Part shown: positions 16,850-24,975 of the stretch, piece after piece | How positions within the stretch are numbered: position 1 is the first letter of the stretch | How the letters are laid out: the number at the start of each line of letters is the position of its first letter | NCBI GenBank assembly: GCA_044352715.1 | Contig: JBILDG010000001.1 | Span: 1-48,156, forward strand | Reading direction: 5' to 3' | DNA from: Chthoniobacterales bacterium | GTDB taxonomy: Bacteria > Verrucomicrobiota > Verrucomicrobiia > Chthoniobacterales > JACTMZ01 | Length of the DNA: 48,156 nt | Notes under the pieces: generated by a model | The model's input: the letters and a program-made list of their open reading frames with translations, nothing else | Databases searched by the model: none | What the model was told of the DNA's origin: nothing | Translations under genes and position numbers: made by a program

Positions 16850-17902
16850 TCAGTTCGCGGAAGACGGTGCCGCGGTGGTTTCGCGAGAGACGAGAAAGGT
16901 GGGAAAAATCTGATGGGTGGCCGGTCCGCTGAGTTTTCCACTGATTCGCTCAAGGAGGGTACGGCTGGCGGAAGCACCCATCTGCGTAATGGGCTGCGCG
17001 ATGGTCGTGAGAGGCCGGGTCAGATAAGAGGCGAGCGGAATGTCGTCGAAGCCCACGACGGAAACATCATCCGGGACCGAAAGGCCCGCATCCAGCAGCC
17101 CGCGGATGGCCCCCAGCGCGGCGAGATCGTTCGTGCAAACAAAAGCCGTGGCCCGCTGGCCGCGCGGCATCTGCGAGGCCCATTGGCCCGCGGCAACCCG
17201 CACCTCGGCCACTTCGTGCCGGCAGCGCACCCAATTTTTTTCGTCAAGCACCAGCCCCAAAGTCTCCAGTTCCTCTTTGAAAATGGCCACCCGTTCGAGG
17301 TAGTCGCCGCGATCCGCCAAAGAATCCACGAAGCCGATGGAACGATGCCCGAGTTTTGACAAATGCTCGAGTGTCTTGCGCAAACCAACCCGCCAATCGG
17401 ACTGCAAAGTGTCGATACGGGTGTCCGGCATGGCCGACCCGAAGATGACGACCGGAAAGGTGCGCGCCAATTCCTCAAGCCGCGCCGCGTGCAACCGCGC
17501 ACCGCCGCAGAGGATGAGAATGACGCCGTCCGTATTGTGCGAGGCGACGTCGCCCAGAATCCTCTGTTCTCTCTCCGGATTTTCCTCGCTGTCTTCGATG
17601 AGCAGCTCGTAGCCAGCCTGCTCCATGGCCCGCTGGATAGACCGTGCGAGCAGGGCAAAAAAAGGGTTGGATAGATCAGGCACCACCAGCGTGGCGGCGT
17701 TGAAACGGTTCAACCGCAAAGCCCGCGCCATGCGATTCGGCTTGTAGTGCAGCGAGCGCGCCGCCGCGACCACGCGGTCCCGCGTCTCCTGCGAGGACCA
17801 GGAGTCGGGCCTGTTGTTAAGGATACTTGATACCGTGCTGACCGCCACGCCGGCCTGCTTAGCCACATCGTGGAGAGTCGGTCGTTTAAGGGAAGCTTGC
17901 AT
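16850..17902 (-). CDS. LacI-family transcriptional regulator
   Basis: Start at MQASLKRPTLHDVAKQAGVAVSTVSSILNN (HTH, ATG 17902). A periplasmic-binding-protein-like sugar domain follows (VPDLSNPFF, VVGFDDIP). Confidence 0.88.
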   Translation of the reverse strand: MQASLKRPTLHDVAKQAGVAVSTVSSILNNRPDSWSSQETRDRVVAAARSLHYKPNRMARALRLNRFNAATLVVPDLSNPFFALLARSIQRAMEQAGYELLIEDSEENPEREQRILGDVASHNTDGVILILCGGARLHAARLEELARTFPVVIFGSAMPDTRIDTLQSDWRVGLRKTLEHLSKLGHRSIGFVDSLADRGDYLERVAIFKEELETLGLVLDEKNWVRCRHEVAEVRVAAGQWASQMPRGQRATAFVCTNDLAALGAIRGLLDAGLSVPDDVSVVGFDDIPLASYLTRPLTTIAQPITQMGASASRTLLERISGKLSGPATHQIFPTFLVSRETTAAPSSAN

Positions 17903-18143
17903 TACTGGACGGCCGGACAAAGCTCCGCACCTGAAATAATCCATATAGGAAATTTCCTTTCTGGCAAGCGGTTAGCTTGGCCAACCCGGCTATTCCAAAA
18001 ACAGCCGCCGGCTACGCGAATCCGGAAAGAAGGACAGCACCGCGGACTGAGACCGCTGAATTTGTCACCATCGGGTTCATGGGACCAAAGAGCACGCATT
18101 CCCAGGCTTCGGAGTGACTGAACTCTCAGAAAGCCTAGGGCGC

Positions 18144-18177
18144 AGAGGATCGCGCTAAAAATCGGCACGTTCCCGCC
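18144..18177 (-). promoter_or_regulatory. Bipartite direct-repeat element, copy b (proximal repeat degenerate)
   Basis: The minus strand reads GGCGGGAACGTGC-CGATTTTT-AGCGCGATCCTCT. The distal half and T-tract match copy a at 19 of 21 positions. No TAnnnT follows at the expected distance. The next start codon (LacI) is at least 200 nt away. Confidence 0.3.
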
Positions 18178-18204
18178 AAGCACCCTCCGGAACCTGCGGA
18201 GCAA

Positions 18205-18621
18205 TCAGCGCTGTCGTGAAAGCCAAACAGCCGGCGTGGTGCCGGCGGCGCGCACGAGCAGTTCGCTGTCCCAGGTGATCAGCGTCGTTCCGGTCAAGGC
18301 CGCCGTGGCGGCATAGATGGCATCCGCGCCGCGGAGAAGGCACCGTGTCCCGCAATCGAGCGAGTCCGCGATGAGGCGCGAGTCCACTTCCACCAGTTGG
18401 AGCATGGGAACCGCCCGGAGAGCGCGGGCCACGGCCAGACCCTTCGAGCTTTCCTTATGTCTTCGGGCCAGAGCACAGGCTGTTTCCACGATGGCCAGAG
18501 AAGGTGAGCACATCTTGAGACGTCGCCGCTCGCACTCGCGGAGGAAGGTCACGCTTTCGGCGTGAAAAACATCCTTGGATTCGAAAAGCGAAACCCAAAC
18601 GCTGGCATCGATGGTGACCAT
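18205..18621 (-). CDS. vapC: PIN-domain ribonuclease toxin, VapC family
   Basis: 138 aa. The MVTIDASVWVSLF start carries the conserved acidic D. Size and helix pattern are PIN-like. Its start overlaps the upstream antitoxin stop (TAATG, 1 nt). Confidence 0.8.
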   Translation of the reverse strand: MVTIDASVWVSLFESKDVFHAESVTFLRECERRRLKMCSPSLAIVETACALARRHKESSKGLAVARALRAVPMLQLVEVDSRLIADSLDCGTRCLLRGADAIYAATAALTGTTLITWDSELLVRAAGTTPAVWLSRQR

Positions 18622-18884
18622 TACCGGGGATCAAGGCGACCCCGGTCCTGTTCGAGGACCTCCCGCGCCGTCGGCCCCGGCGCGGCGGCGGGGACAGCGT
18701 GCTTGAGCAGCGCGTCCACCCAACTCTCGGATTTTCCAGACTTTTTCTTGGCGCGCTTCTCCGGTTCTTGCAACCAGTTGCGGAACAGTTCGATGGTGAC
18801 CTCGCGCACCGCCCGACCTTCCAGCGCGGTCTTTGCTTTGACCCGGCGATAAAGATCATCCGGCACATCGATGGTTGCTTTCAT
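18621..18884 (-). CDS. vapB: VapB-type antitoxin
   Basis: 87 aa. MKATIDVPDDLYRRVKAKTALEGRAVREVTIELFRNWL is typical of small antitoxins encoded 5' of PIN toxins. It is translationally coupled to vapC. Confidence 0.7.
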   Translation of the reverse strand: MKATIDVPDDLYRRVKAKTALEGRAVREVTIELFRNWLQEPEKRAKKKSGKSESWVDALLKHAVPAAAPGPTAREVLEQDRGRLDPR

Positions 18885-18891
18885 GTTTTAC

Positions 18892-18919
18892 AGGTTACTG
18901 GTTCTTGGCGTGCTGTCAA
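18892..18919 (-). promoter_or_regulatory. Sigma70-type promoter of vapBC: TTGACA-N16-TAACCT, with the -10 hexamer ending 7 nt before the ATG
   Basis: The minus strand reads TTGACA (18919..18914), then GCACGCCAAGAACCAG, then TAACCT (18897..18892), then GTAAAAC, then ATG (18884). This implies a leaderless or near-leaderless mRNA. Confidence 0.55.
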
Positions 18920-19013
18920 TGGGAGCAGCCACAACCGTGCCGTGCGCGCCAGTTCCCATGACCCCACTTCAGAACCCTCGGCCGCGTTACCAGCAGGGAG
19001 AACCTAAGCAAAC

Positions 19014-19033
19014 ATAGTATCGTTCGATACTAT
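19014..19033. terminator. AT-rich perfect inverted repeat ATAGTATCG-TT-CGATACTAT; candidate terminator of the GH99-like gene, or an operator
   Basis: 9-bp arms with a 2-nt spacer. It lies 34 nt past the stop of the minus-strand gene at 19067 and is followed on the minus strand by GTTTGCTT. It is 130 nt upstream of vapB. Roughly 0.2 such palindromes are expected by chance in 48 kb. Confidence 0.35.
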
Positions 19034-19066
19034 TCATTGAGGGGGAATCACCCAACGAGTCAGCCG

Positions 19067-20272
19067 CTAAACGCAGACCGTGGCTCCCCGCTGCGCAGGG
19101 ACGAAGACGTCGCGCACGGCCTCAAGATAAGCCATGCCGTTGGTCGTGTCCGGCTCGAGGTAGCTGCCCTCGGTCCATTCGTTCCAACTGTTGATGTTGA
19201 GGATGCGGTGCGCGGCGGGTTCGCGGCGGAGACGTTCTTTGGTCAGCTCGAGCGCGCGGCGGAAACGATCCGGCGTGTTACCGGAAATGGTGTTGGTGAA
19301 AGGATAGCCGAAGTTGCCGAATTCATCCTCCTGATGCGCGCGGGGGCTGGAGTCCCAACCCATGGTGACGTTCGGATAATAGGGTTGGCGGAATTGCTCT
19401 TTGACCGTGTCCCAATGCGCAAAATAACTGTCGCGCGCCCGGTCGAAGTCGGTCTGCAAGTCGGGCAGGTCGATGTGGTGGATCCACACGTAGGAGGTCA
19501 CCGAATCGAAGCCGAGGCCGTCAATCAAACGTGGCACGTTGTCGATGACCACTTCGCCGGGCAGGACGGGTTTCCCCCAGACCACGGCGTTAAGATGCAG
19601 GTCGGGAAAACCGGCGCGGCGGGTTTTCTCGCGGAACTCATCCAGCGCCGCCCGCGTGCGAGCCGGCGAGTCGAAGCCGGCCAGCAACTGCGACAAATCG
19701 TAAAAGGAAAAATAAGGGCAACCCTCGAGCAGCCAATAAGACGGATGGGTAAAGTAGCGTTCGATGACCAGATCGCAGACTTTGTCGAAAGTCGCGGGCG
19801 TGACGGCGCCCGGATAGAGCAACTCGGCGGGGGCCCCGCGCTTGTAAGGATGGATGTCGACCCAGTCATGGTTGGCCCACATCAGGCCGAAGCGCAGGCG
19901 GTCGTTGTTGTCCGCCGCCATGAAACCCTCCTCGAGCGGACGTTCAAGAAAGAGGCCGTCGTTGTAATGATACCAATCGAAAATGAAGGCATCGATCCCG
20001 TGGTCGGCCGCGGCATCGATCTTGCGCGCCATGACCTTCGGGTCGGATTCGTCCTCGTAGCCCCAGAGTGGGACTTTGGGTTGCTCGTGCGCGGGGAAAC
20101 GGGGCCGGGCGGACTTGACCAGTTCCCACTCGGTCCACCCCGCGCCTCTCAGCGACTCGTTGCGGGGGTCGCTGGGGTGGTAATTGCCGAAGTAATAACA
20201 CGCGACGGTGATGTCATCCCCTTGGGCATCGGCGGACGAGAGCGGCGAAGTGGACGTGGCCTGATGCAACAT
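19067..20272 (-). CDS. GH99-like / WbsX-like domain protein (no signal peptide)
   Basis: VACYYFGNYHPSDPRNESLRGAGWTEWELVKSARPRFPAHEQPKVPLWGYEDESDPKVMARKIDAAADHGIDAFIFDWYHYN matches the characteristic WbsX (Glyco_tran_WbsX) N-terminal pattern. Confidence 0.75.
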   Translation of the reverse strand: MLHQATSTSPLSSADAQGDDITVACYYFGNYHPSDPRNESLRGAGWTEWELVKSARPRFPAHEQPKVPLWGYEDESDPKVMARKIDAAADHGIDAFIFDWYHYNDGLFLERPLEEGFMAADNNDRLRFGLMWANHDWVDIHPYKRGAPAELLYPGAVTPATFDKVCDLVIERYFTHPSYWLLEGCPYFSFYDLSQLLAGFDSPARTRAALDEFREKTRRAGFPDLHLNAVVWGKPVLPGEVVIDNVPRLIDGLGFDSVTSYVWIHHIDLPDLQTDFDRARDSYFAHWDTVKEQFRQPYYPNVTMGWDSSPRAHQEDEFGNFGYPFTNTISGNTPDRFRRALELTKERLRREPAAHRILNINSWNEWTEGSYLEPDTTNGMAYLEAVRDVFVPAQRGATVCV

Positions 20273-20306
20273 TTGATCACTGTAAACTCCTAGTGGCGGC
20301 TTTCTG

Positions 20307-20340
20307 TAACGATCCTGCCAAAACCCAGCACGATTGCGCC
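20307..20340 (-). promoter_or_regulatory. Bipartite direct-repeat element, copy e-minus (faces the GH99-like gene)
   Basis: The minus strand reads GGCGCAATCGTGC-TGGGTTTT-GGCAGGATCGTTA. After 22 nt comes TACAGT (20284..20279), then GATCAA, then ATG 20272. Confidence 0.6.
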
Positions 20341-20355
20341 GATTTTTGCCTCATT

Positions 20356-20389
20356 GGCGGAATCGTGCTGAGAAATGGCGCAAATGTTC
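20356..20389 (+). promoter_or_regulatory. Bipartite direct-repeat element, copy e-plus (faces the large GH-like gene)
   Basis: The plus strand reads GGCGGAATCGTGC-TGAGAAAT-GGCGCAAATGTTC. After 23 nt comes TACAAA (20413..20418), and 8 nt later an ATG at 20427 that opens a mini-ORF. The main ATG is at 20474. Confidence 0.45.
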
Positions 20390-20473
20390 CGGCGCCGCTT
20401 GGGCCCCCGTGTTACAAAGAGATCTCATGACCACACCCACCATTTTCACCGGCTGCATCCGGCACCCGAACCC

Positions 20474-23400
20474 ATGAGCCACCGGAAGCGCGGCGTCCTG
20501 TTTGCTTGGACAGAATGGCAGAACCCGTCCGCCGCTTACCGGGGCAAACCATTCTGGAGTTGGAACGGACACCTCGATCCCTCCGAGCTGATACGGCAGA
20601 TCGGCATTTTCCAGGAGATGGGCATGGGCGGATACTTTATGCACTCGCGCACCGGTCTGCAGACGCGCTACCTCGGCCCCGAGTGGTTCGATGCGATCAA
20701 TGCCTGCGCGGATGCCGGACAGGCGCGCGGTTTGGAATCCTGGCTCTATGACGAAGACCGCTGGCCGAGCGGCTCGGCGGGCGGGCTGGCCACGAAGGAA
20801 TTGCGGCATCGCATGAAATACCTGCGGCTGACCGTGCACGAGAGCGGCGAGACGCACAATTGGCCTGCGGCGGAACATTTCGTCGCCGCCTTCAGCGCCA
20901 AAGTGAGTGGCCTTGACCTCGGACCCTACCGCCGCGTCGAGTGTGGAGCCCGCGCTTTTCCCGGCGAGCAGCTGCTCGTTTTTGCGTGGGAATACATGCG
21001 CGAGCATTCTTTCTACAACGACACCGCTTACCTCGACACGATGGACCCCACGGCCACGGAGAATTTTCTGCGGGTGACGCATGATGCCTACCGCGAGGCC
21101 TGCGGCGAGCGGCTGGGGACGAGCATCCGCGGGATTTTCACGGACGAACCACATCGCGGGTTCGTTTTCTGTTCAAGCCACGGGCAACCCGGGGTGCCGG
21201 ATCCGGGTTGGACCACGCCTTGGACCCACGCCCTGCCGGAGGCGTTCGCGGCGGCATTCGGCCACGACCTCATCGACCGGCTGCCGGAATTGTTCCTGCG
21301 TTCGGACGGGCAACGCCTCTCGCCGGTCAAGTGGGCCTACATGGAAATCTGCCAGCGCCTCTTCCTCGAAAATTGGGCGCGGCCGATGCACGAGCGGTGC
21401 CGTGATCTCGGGCTCTTGCTGACGGGACACGTGCTGCACGAAAACAGCCTCGCCGCCCAGGCGGTGCCCTGCGGATCGATGATGCGCTACTACCCGTATC
21501 TCGATTACCCCGGCATCGACATCCTCGGCTCGCGCAACGAATGCCATTGGGTGATCAAACAACTCTCCTCGGTCGCGCGGCAGTTCGAACGTCCGTGGAT
21601 GCTCTCCGAGCTTTACGGTTGCACCGGATGGCAGACCGATTTCACGGACCACAAACGCATCGGCGACTGGCAGGCGCTCTTCGGCATCAATGTGCGTTGC
21701 CACCACTTGAGCTGGTATTCCATGGCGGGCGAAGCCAAGCGCGATTTCCCGGCCAGCATTTCTTTCCAGTCCGCGTGGTATCCGGAATACGCCGCGGTCG
21801 AGACCTACTTCAGCCGCCTGCATGTCGCCCTCACCGCAGGACGTCCGGTCTGCGATGTGCTGGTCATCAATCCGGTGGAAAGCACGTGGGCCCAGATCCA
21901 TGTCAACTGGGCAACGTGGTTGCAAGCGACCGACCCTGACGTGGAAGCGCTGGAGAAAACCTACGCGACCGTCTTCGCCGCGCTGGCCGGAGCCCAGATC
22001 GATTTCGACTACGGCGATGAGGCGCACCTCGCGGAACACGGTTCTGTCGATGCGACCAAAGCGACGCTACGGCTTGGAGCCATGCGCTACCGCGTCGTGG
22101 TCGTCGCCGGCGCGGAAACTCTCCGCGGATCCACCCTGCGATTGTTGCAGGAGTTTCGCCGGGCCGGGGGCATGGTAATCTTTGCCGGAGCGCCGCCGAC
22201 TCACTTGGATGCCCTGCCCTCGCCCGAGCCGGCGGAGTTCGCCATCAACGGTCCGACCGCACTGATCGATGGTCCGGCGCTGGCTGCCATGGTGCGAGAG
22301 CACAGCCCTGCCGCCCGCCAGCTCACGCTCGGCGAGGAAGGCGCGGGTCTTTTCTGTCAGATGCGGACCGACGGCAACACCTTCACCGCAGTGCTGCTCA
22401 ACTCATCGGACACACGTAACTATGACACCGTGACATTGCGCTGGCATCATTCCGGACCGGTGACCGAACTCGACGCACTGACCGGTCAGGCGGTCGCGGT
22501 TGAGACCATTCCCGAAGATGGCGGCATTTTGCGTTGGACGACTTCGTTCCGTCCTTTGCAGGAACGTATTTTCGTCTGCGGCGCGGCCGTGCCAGACGCC
22601 AAGCCCGCCGCCATGACTGCCATAGGACGAACCGAAGTTCTCGCGGGAGACTTTGCTTACACGCTCGACGAACCGAACATCGCGGTGCTCGACACGGCGG
22701 AGTTTTCCCTCGACGGCGGGGACTGGGAGGCAGCGCAGGAAATTCTCCGTGTGGAAAAATCTTTGAGCGAGCGCTTGGGAATTCCCCTGCGCGGTGGGCA
22801 GATGGTCCAACCATGGGCTCGGGAGGAATCCACGACCAACGGGGGAACCCAGTTGACTTTGCGCTTCCGCTTCGAGGTAGAGCATCTGCCAAAGTCGCCC
22901 GTCCAGCTGGCCCTCGAGCAACCCCATGAGTTCTCCATCACACTCAACGGCAAAAACATCCCGGCACCCTCGGGCGACGCATGGTTCATCGATCCATGTC
23001 TGTGCACCGTGACGCTGCCGCCCGACGCGCTGCAAACCGGGACCAACATTCTCGAGCTGCAATGCCGCTACCACGAAGGCATCGACCTCGAAGCCGTTTA
23101 TCTGCTGGGCTCGTTCGGTGTACGTCCGGGACCGGGCTCGCGCGTGACGCTGACGGAACTTCCGCCGCGACTCGGCGTGGGAGACTGGACGCGGTGCGGA
23201 TTGCCGTTTTATTCCGGGCGCATCCGCCTGCAACTGCCCGTTGGTTCAGCCCGAGGCCTCGCGTTGTCCCCGCAAGGTGCTGCCACGCTGGTGGCGCGGA
23301 ACCCCGCGAACGGGAAATCGCAAATCCTGCCGTGGGCACCATTCGCCTGCGATCTTGAAGGGTTGGTTGATGATCAGAGTATGGTCGAAGTCGAATGGGT

Positions 23401-23557
23401 CCTGACGCGACGCAATACCTTCGGCCCATTGCATCTCACGCCCATCGAACAACCGGCCATCGGTCCCACCCACTTCCGGAGCGAGGGCGACGAGTGGTCC
23501 GATGATTACCAACTCGTGCCTGTCGGACTCGAAAAATCCCCAATCCTCGAATCATGA
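20474..23557 (+). CDS. Large glycoside-hydrolase-like protein, about 1027 aa, no signal peptide (GH106-like is only a guess)
   Basis: Start at MSHRKRG (ATG 20474). The N-terminus reads YRGKPFWSWNGHLDPSELIRQIGIFQEMGMGGYFMHSRTGL...WLYDEDRWPSGSAGG...GIFTDEPH. It shares the motifs GGY, WL.D(D/E)..(W/Y)PSG.AGG and RG.(F/Y)..(D/N)EPH with the gene at 32921..35155. Confidence 0.6.
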   Translation: MSHRKRGVLFAWTEWQNPSAAYRGKPFWSWNGHLDPSELIRQIGIFQEMGMGGYFMHSRTGLQTRYLGPEWFDAINACADAGQARGLESWLYDEDRWPSGSAGGLATKELRHRMKYLRLTVHESGETHNWPAAEHFVAAFSAKVSGLDLGPYRRVECGARAFPGEQLLVFAWEYMREHSFYNDTAYLDTMDPTATENFLRVTHDAYREACGERLGTSIRGIFTDEPHRGFVFCSSHGQPGVPDPGWTTPWTHALPEAFAAAFGHDLIDRLPELFLRSDGQRLSPVKWAYMEICQRLFLENWARPMHERCRDLGLLLTGHVLHENSLAAQAVPCGSMMRYYPYLDYPGIDILGSRNECHWVIKQLSSVARQFERPWMLSELYGCTGWQTDFTDHKRIGDWQALFGINVRCHHLSWYSMAGEAKRDFPASISFQSAWYPEYAAVETYFSRLHVALTAGRPVCDVLVINPVESTWAQIHVNWATWLQATDPDVEALEKTYATVFAALAGAQIDFDYGDEAHLAEHGSVDATKATLRLGAMRYRVVVVAGAETLRGSTLRLLQEFRRAGGMVIFAGAPPTHLDALPSPEPAEFAINGPTALIDGPALAAMVREHSPAARQLTLGEEGAGLFCQMRTDGNTFTAVLLNSSDTRNYDTVTLRWHHSGPVTELDALTGQAVAVETIPEDGGILRWTTSFRPLQERIFVCGAAVPDAKPAAMTAIGRTEVLAGDFAYTLDEPNIAVLDTAEFSLDGGDWEAAQEILRVEKSLSERLGIPLRGGQMVQPWAREESTTNGGTQLTLRFRFEVEHLPKSPVQLALEQPHEFSITLNGKNIPAPSGDAWFIDPCLCTVTLPPDALQTGTNILELQCRYHEGIDLEAVYLLGSFGVRPGPGSRVTLTELPPRLGVGDWTRCGLPFYSGRIRLQLPVGSARGLALSPQGAATLVARNPANGKSQILPWAPFACDLEGLVDDQSMVEVEWVLTRRNTFGPLHLTPIEQPAIGPTHFRSEGDEWSDDYQLVPVGLEKSPILES

Positions 23558-24975
23558 AGCGTCACCCCAATATCCTTTTCATCAATCTCGACCAGATGCG
23601 CTACGACTGCCTGGGTTTCACGGGGCATCCGCTCGTCAAAACGCCGCACCTCGACGCCTTGGCGCGCTCGGGGATGCGCTTCGAGTCGGCCTACACCCCG
23701 TTCCCCGTCTGCGCACCGGCCCGGCAGACCTTGCTCACCGGCGTGATGCCCGAACAGCATGGCGGACTGTGGAACTTCGACCGCGGCGGCGGCCTGCCCA
23801 TCGGCGCTGCGGTGACCGCGGATCATTCGATCTGGGTGCAGCAATTGCGCGACGCCGGTTATCGCACGGCTTACCTCGGCAAATGGCATGTCCATCCCGA
23901 GGCCGATCCCACCGCCTACGGCTACGAAACCTACATCGAGCCGCCAACCAACGCCTACCGGCCGGAAAATCAGCAGCGTAAGTATGAGCTGGCCGATGAT
24001 CCATGGCCCGAGTTCCCCGTCGGGGCAGTCTCCACCCTCGATCTCGACCAAAGCGACACGCACACGTTGGCCGCCGAGTGTTGCCGCCTCATCGAGGAAT
24101 TCGGCAACGGCGGCGCGCCATGGCACATCCGGATCGATTACAACGAGCCGCATCTGCCGTGCCTGCCGAGCGAGCCTTTTGCCTCGATGTATCCGCCGGA
24201 ATCGATCCCAGCATGGGAAAATTTCGGCGACACCTTTGCCGGGAAACCCTTCATCCAGCAACAGCAACTCCGCAACTGGCGCATCGAAGCGTGGACATGG
24301 CGCGAATGGTCCATCTACCTCTCCGGATACTTCGGGATGATCAGCCAATTGGACGACGCCATTGGGCGGATCATCGAGGAACTGCGCTCCCGCGGGCTGA
24401 TCGACAACACCCTGATTATTTTCACCACGGACCACGGCGATGCGGCCGGCAGCCATCGCATGATGGACAAGCATTGCGTGATGTATGAGGAGGAGGTGCA
24501 CGTGCCGCTCGTCTGCTCGTGGCCCGGCGTCATTCCGGCCGGTGGCGTCTGCCGCGATTTCATCAGCCACTTTCTCGATCTGCCGGTGACCTTGCTCGAA
24601 CTGACCGGACTGTCCGTGCCCGCGCGTTATCAAGGACGCAGCTTCTTGCCGCAACTCGAGGGACGCGCCTCGGACGACCCGCGTCCCCTCGCCTTCAGTT
24701 CCTACAATGGTCAGCAGTTCGGCCTCTACTGCCAGCGCATGGTCCGCGACCGGAAATACAAATACGTGTGGAATGCCACGGACATCGACGAATGCTATGA
24801 CCTCGAGAACGACCCGCACGAGTTGGTCAATCTCGCCGCGGACGAACGCCACGAGGAGCTGTGCCGCCGCTACCGGCGAAAAGTCTACGACGTCTTCTCC
24901 GCCCTGAAAGATCCGCTCGTTTTGAGCCGCTGGAACGAGCGCTGGCTGCGCGACGGCACGACTTCCGCGAAATGA
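23554..24975 (+). CDS. S1-family sulfatase without signal peptide (predicted cytoplasmic)
   Basis: MKRHPNILFINLDQMRYDCLG starts directly in the sulfatase core. The motif is PVCAPARQTLLTG. An ATGA overlap joins it to the upstream gene stop (23554..23557). Confidence 0.85.
   Translation: MKRHPNILFINLDQMRYDCLGFTGHPLVKTPHLDALARSGMRFESAYTPFPVCAPARQTLLTGVMPEQHGGLWNFDRGGGLPIGAAVTADHSIWVQQLRDAGYRTAYLGKWHVHPEADPTAYGYETYIEPPTNAYRPENQQRKYELADDPWPEFPVGAVSTLDLDQSDTHTLAAECCRLIEEFGNGGAPWHIRIDYNEPHLPCLPSEPFASMYPPESIPAWENFGDTFAGKPFIQQQQLRNWRIEAWTWREWSIYLSGYFGMISQLDDAIGRIIEELRSRGLIDNTLIIFTTDHGDAAGSHRMMDKHCVMYEEEVHVPLVCSWPGVIPAGGVCRDFISHFLDLPVTLLELTGLSVPARYQGRSFLPQLEGRASDDPRPLAFSSYNGQQFGLYCQRMVRDRKYKYVWNATDIDECYDLENDPHELVNLAADERHEELCRRYRRKVYDVFSALKDPLVLSRWNERWLRDGTTSAK

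Noticed and set aside
17947-17958. A 12-bp perfect palindrome, AGGAAATTTCCT, just upstream of the LacI gene, considered as a possible operator.
   Set aside because: Roughly a dozen 12-bp palindromes are expected by chance in 48 kb. It also does not resemble the usual LacI-family CG-centred operators.
20353-20370. Reading the repeat TTGGCGGAATCGTGC as a sigma-54 promoter (-24 GG / -12 GC).
   Set aside because: The GG and GC dinucleotides are separated by 9 nt, not the invariant 10. The same sequence also occurs twice in tandem, which does not fit a single -24/-12 promoter.
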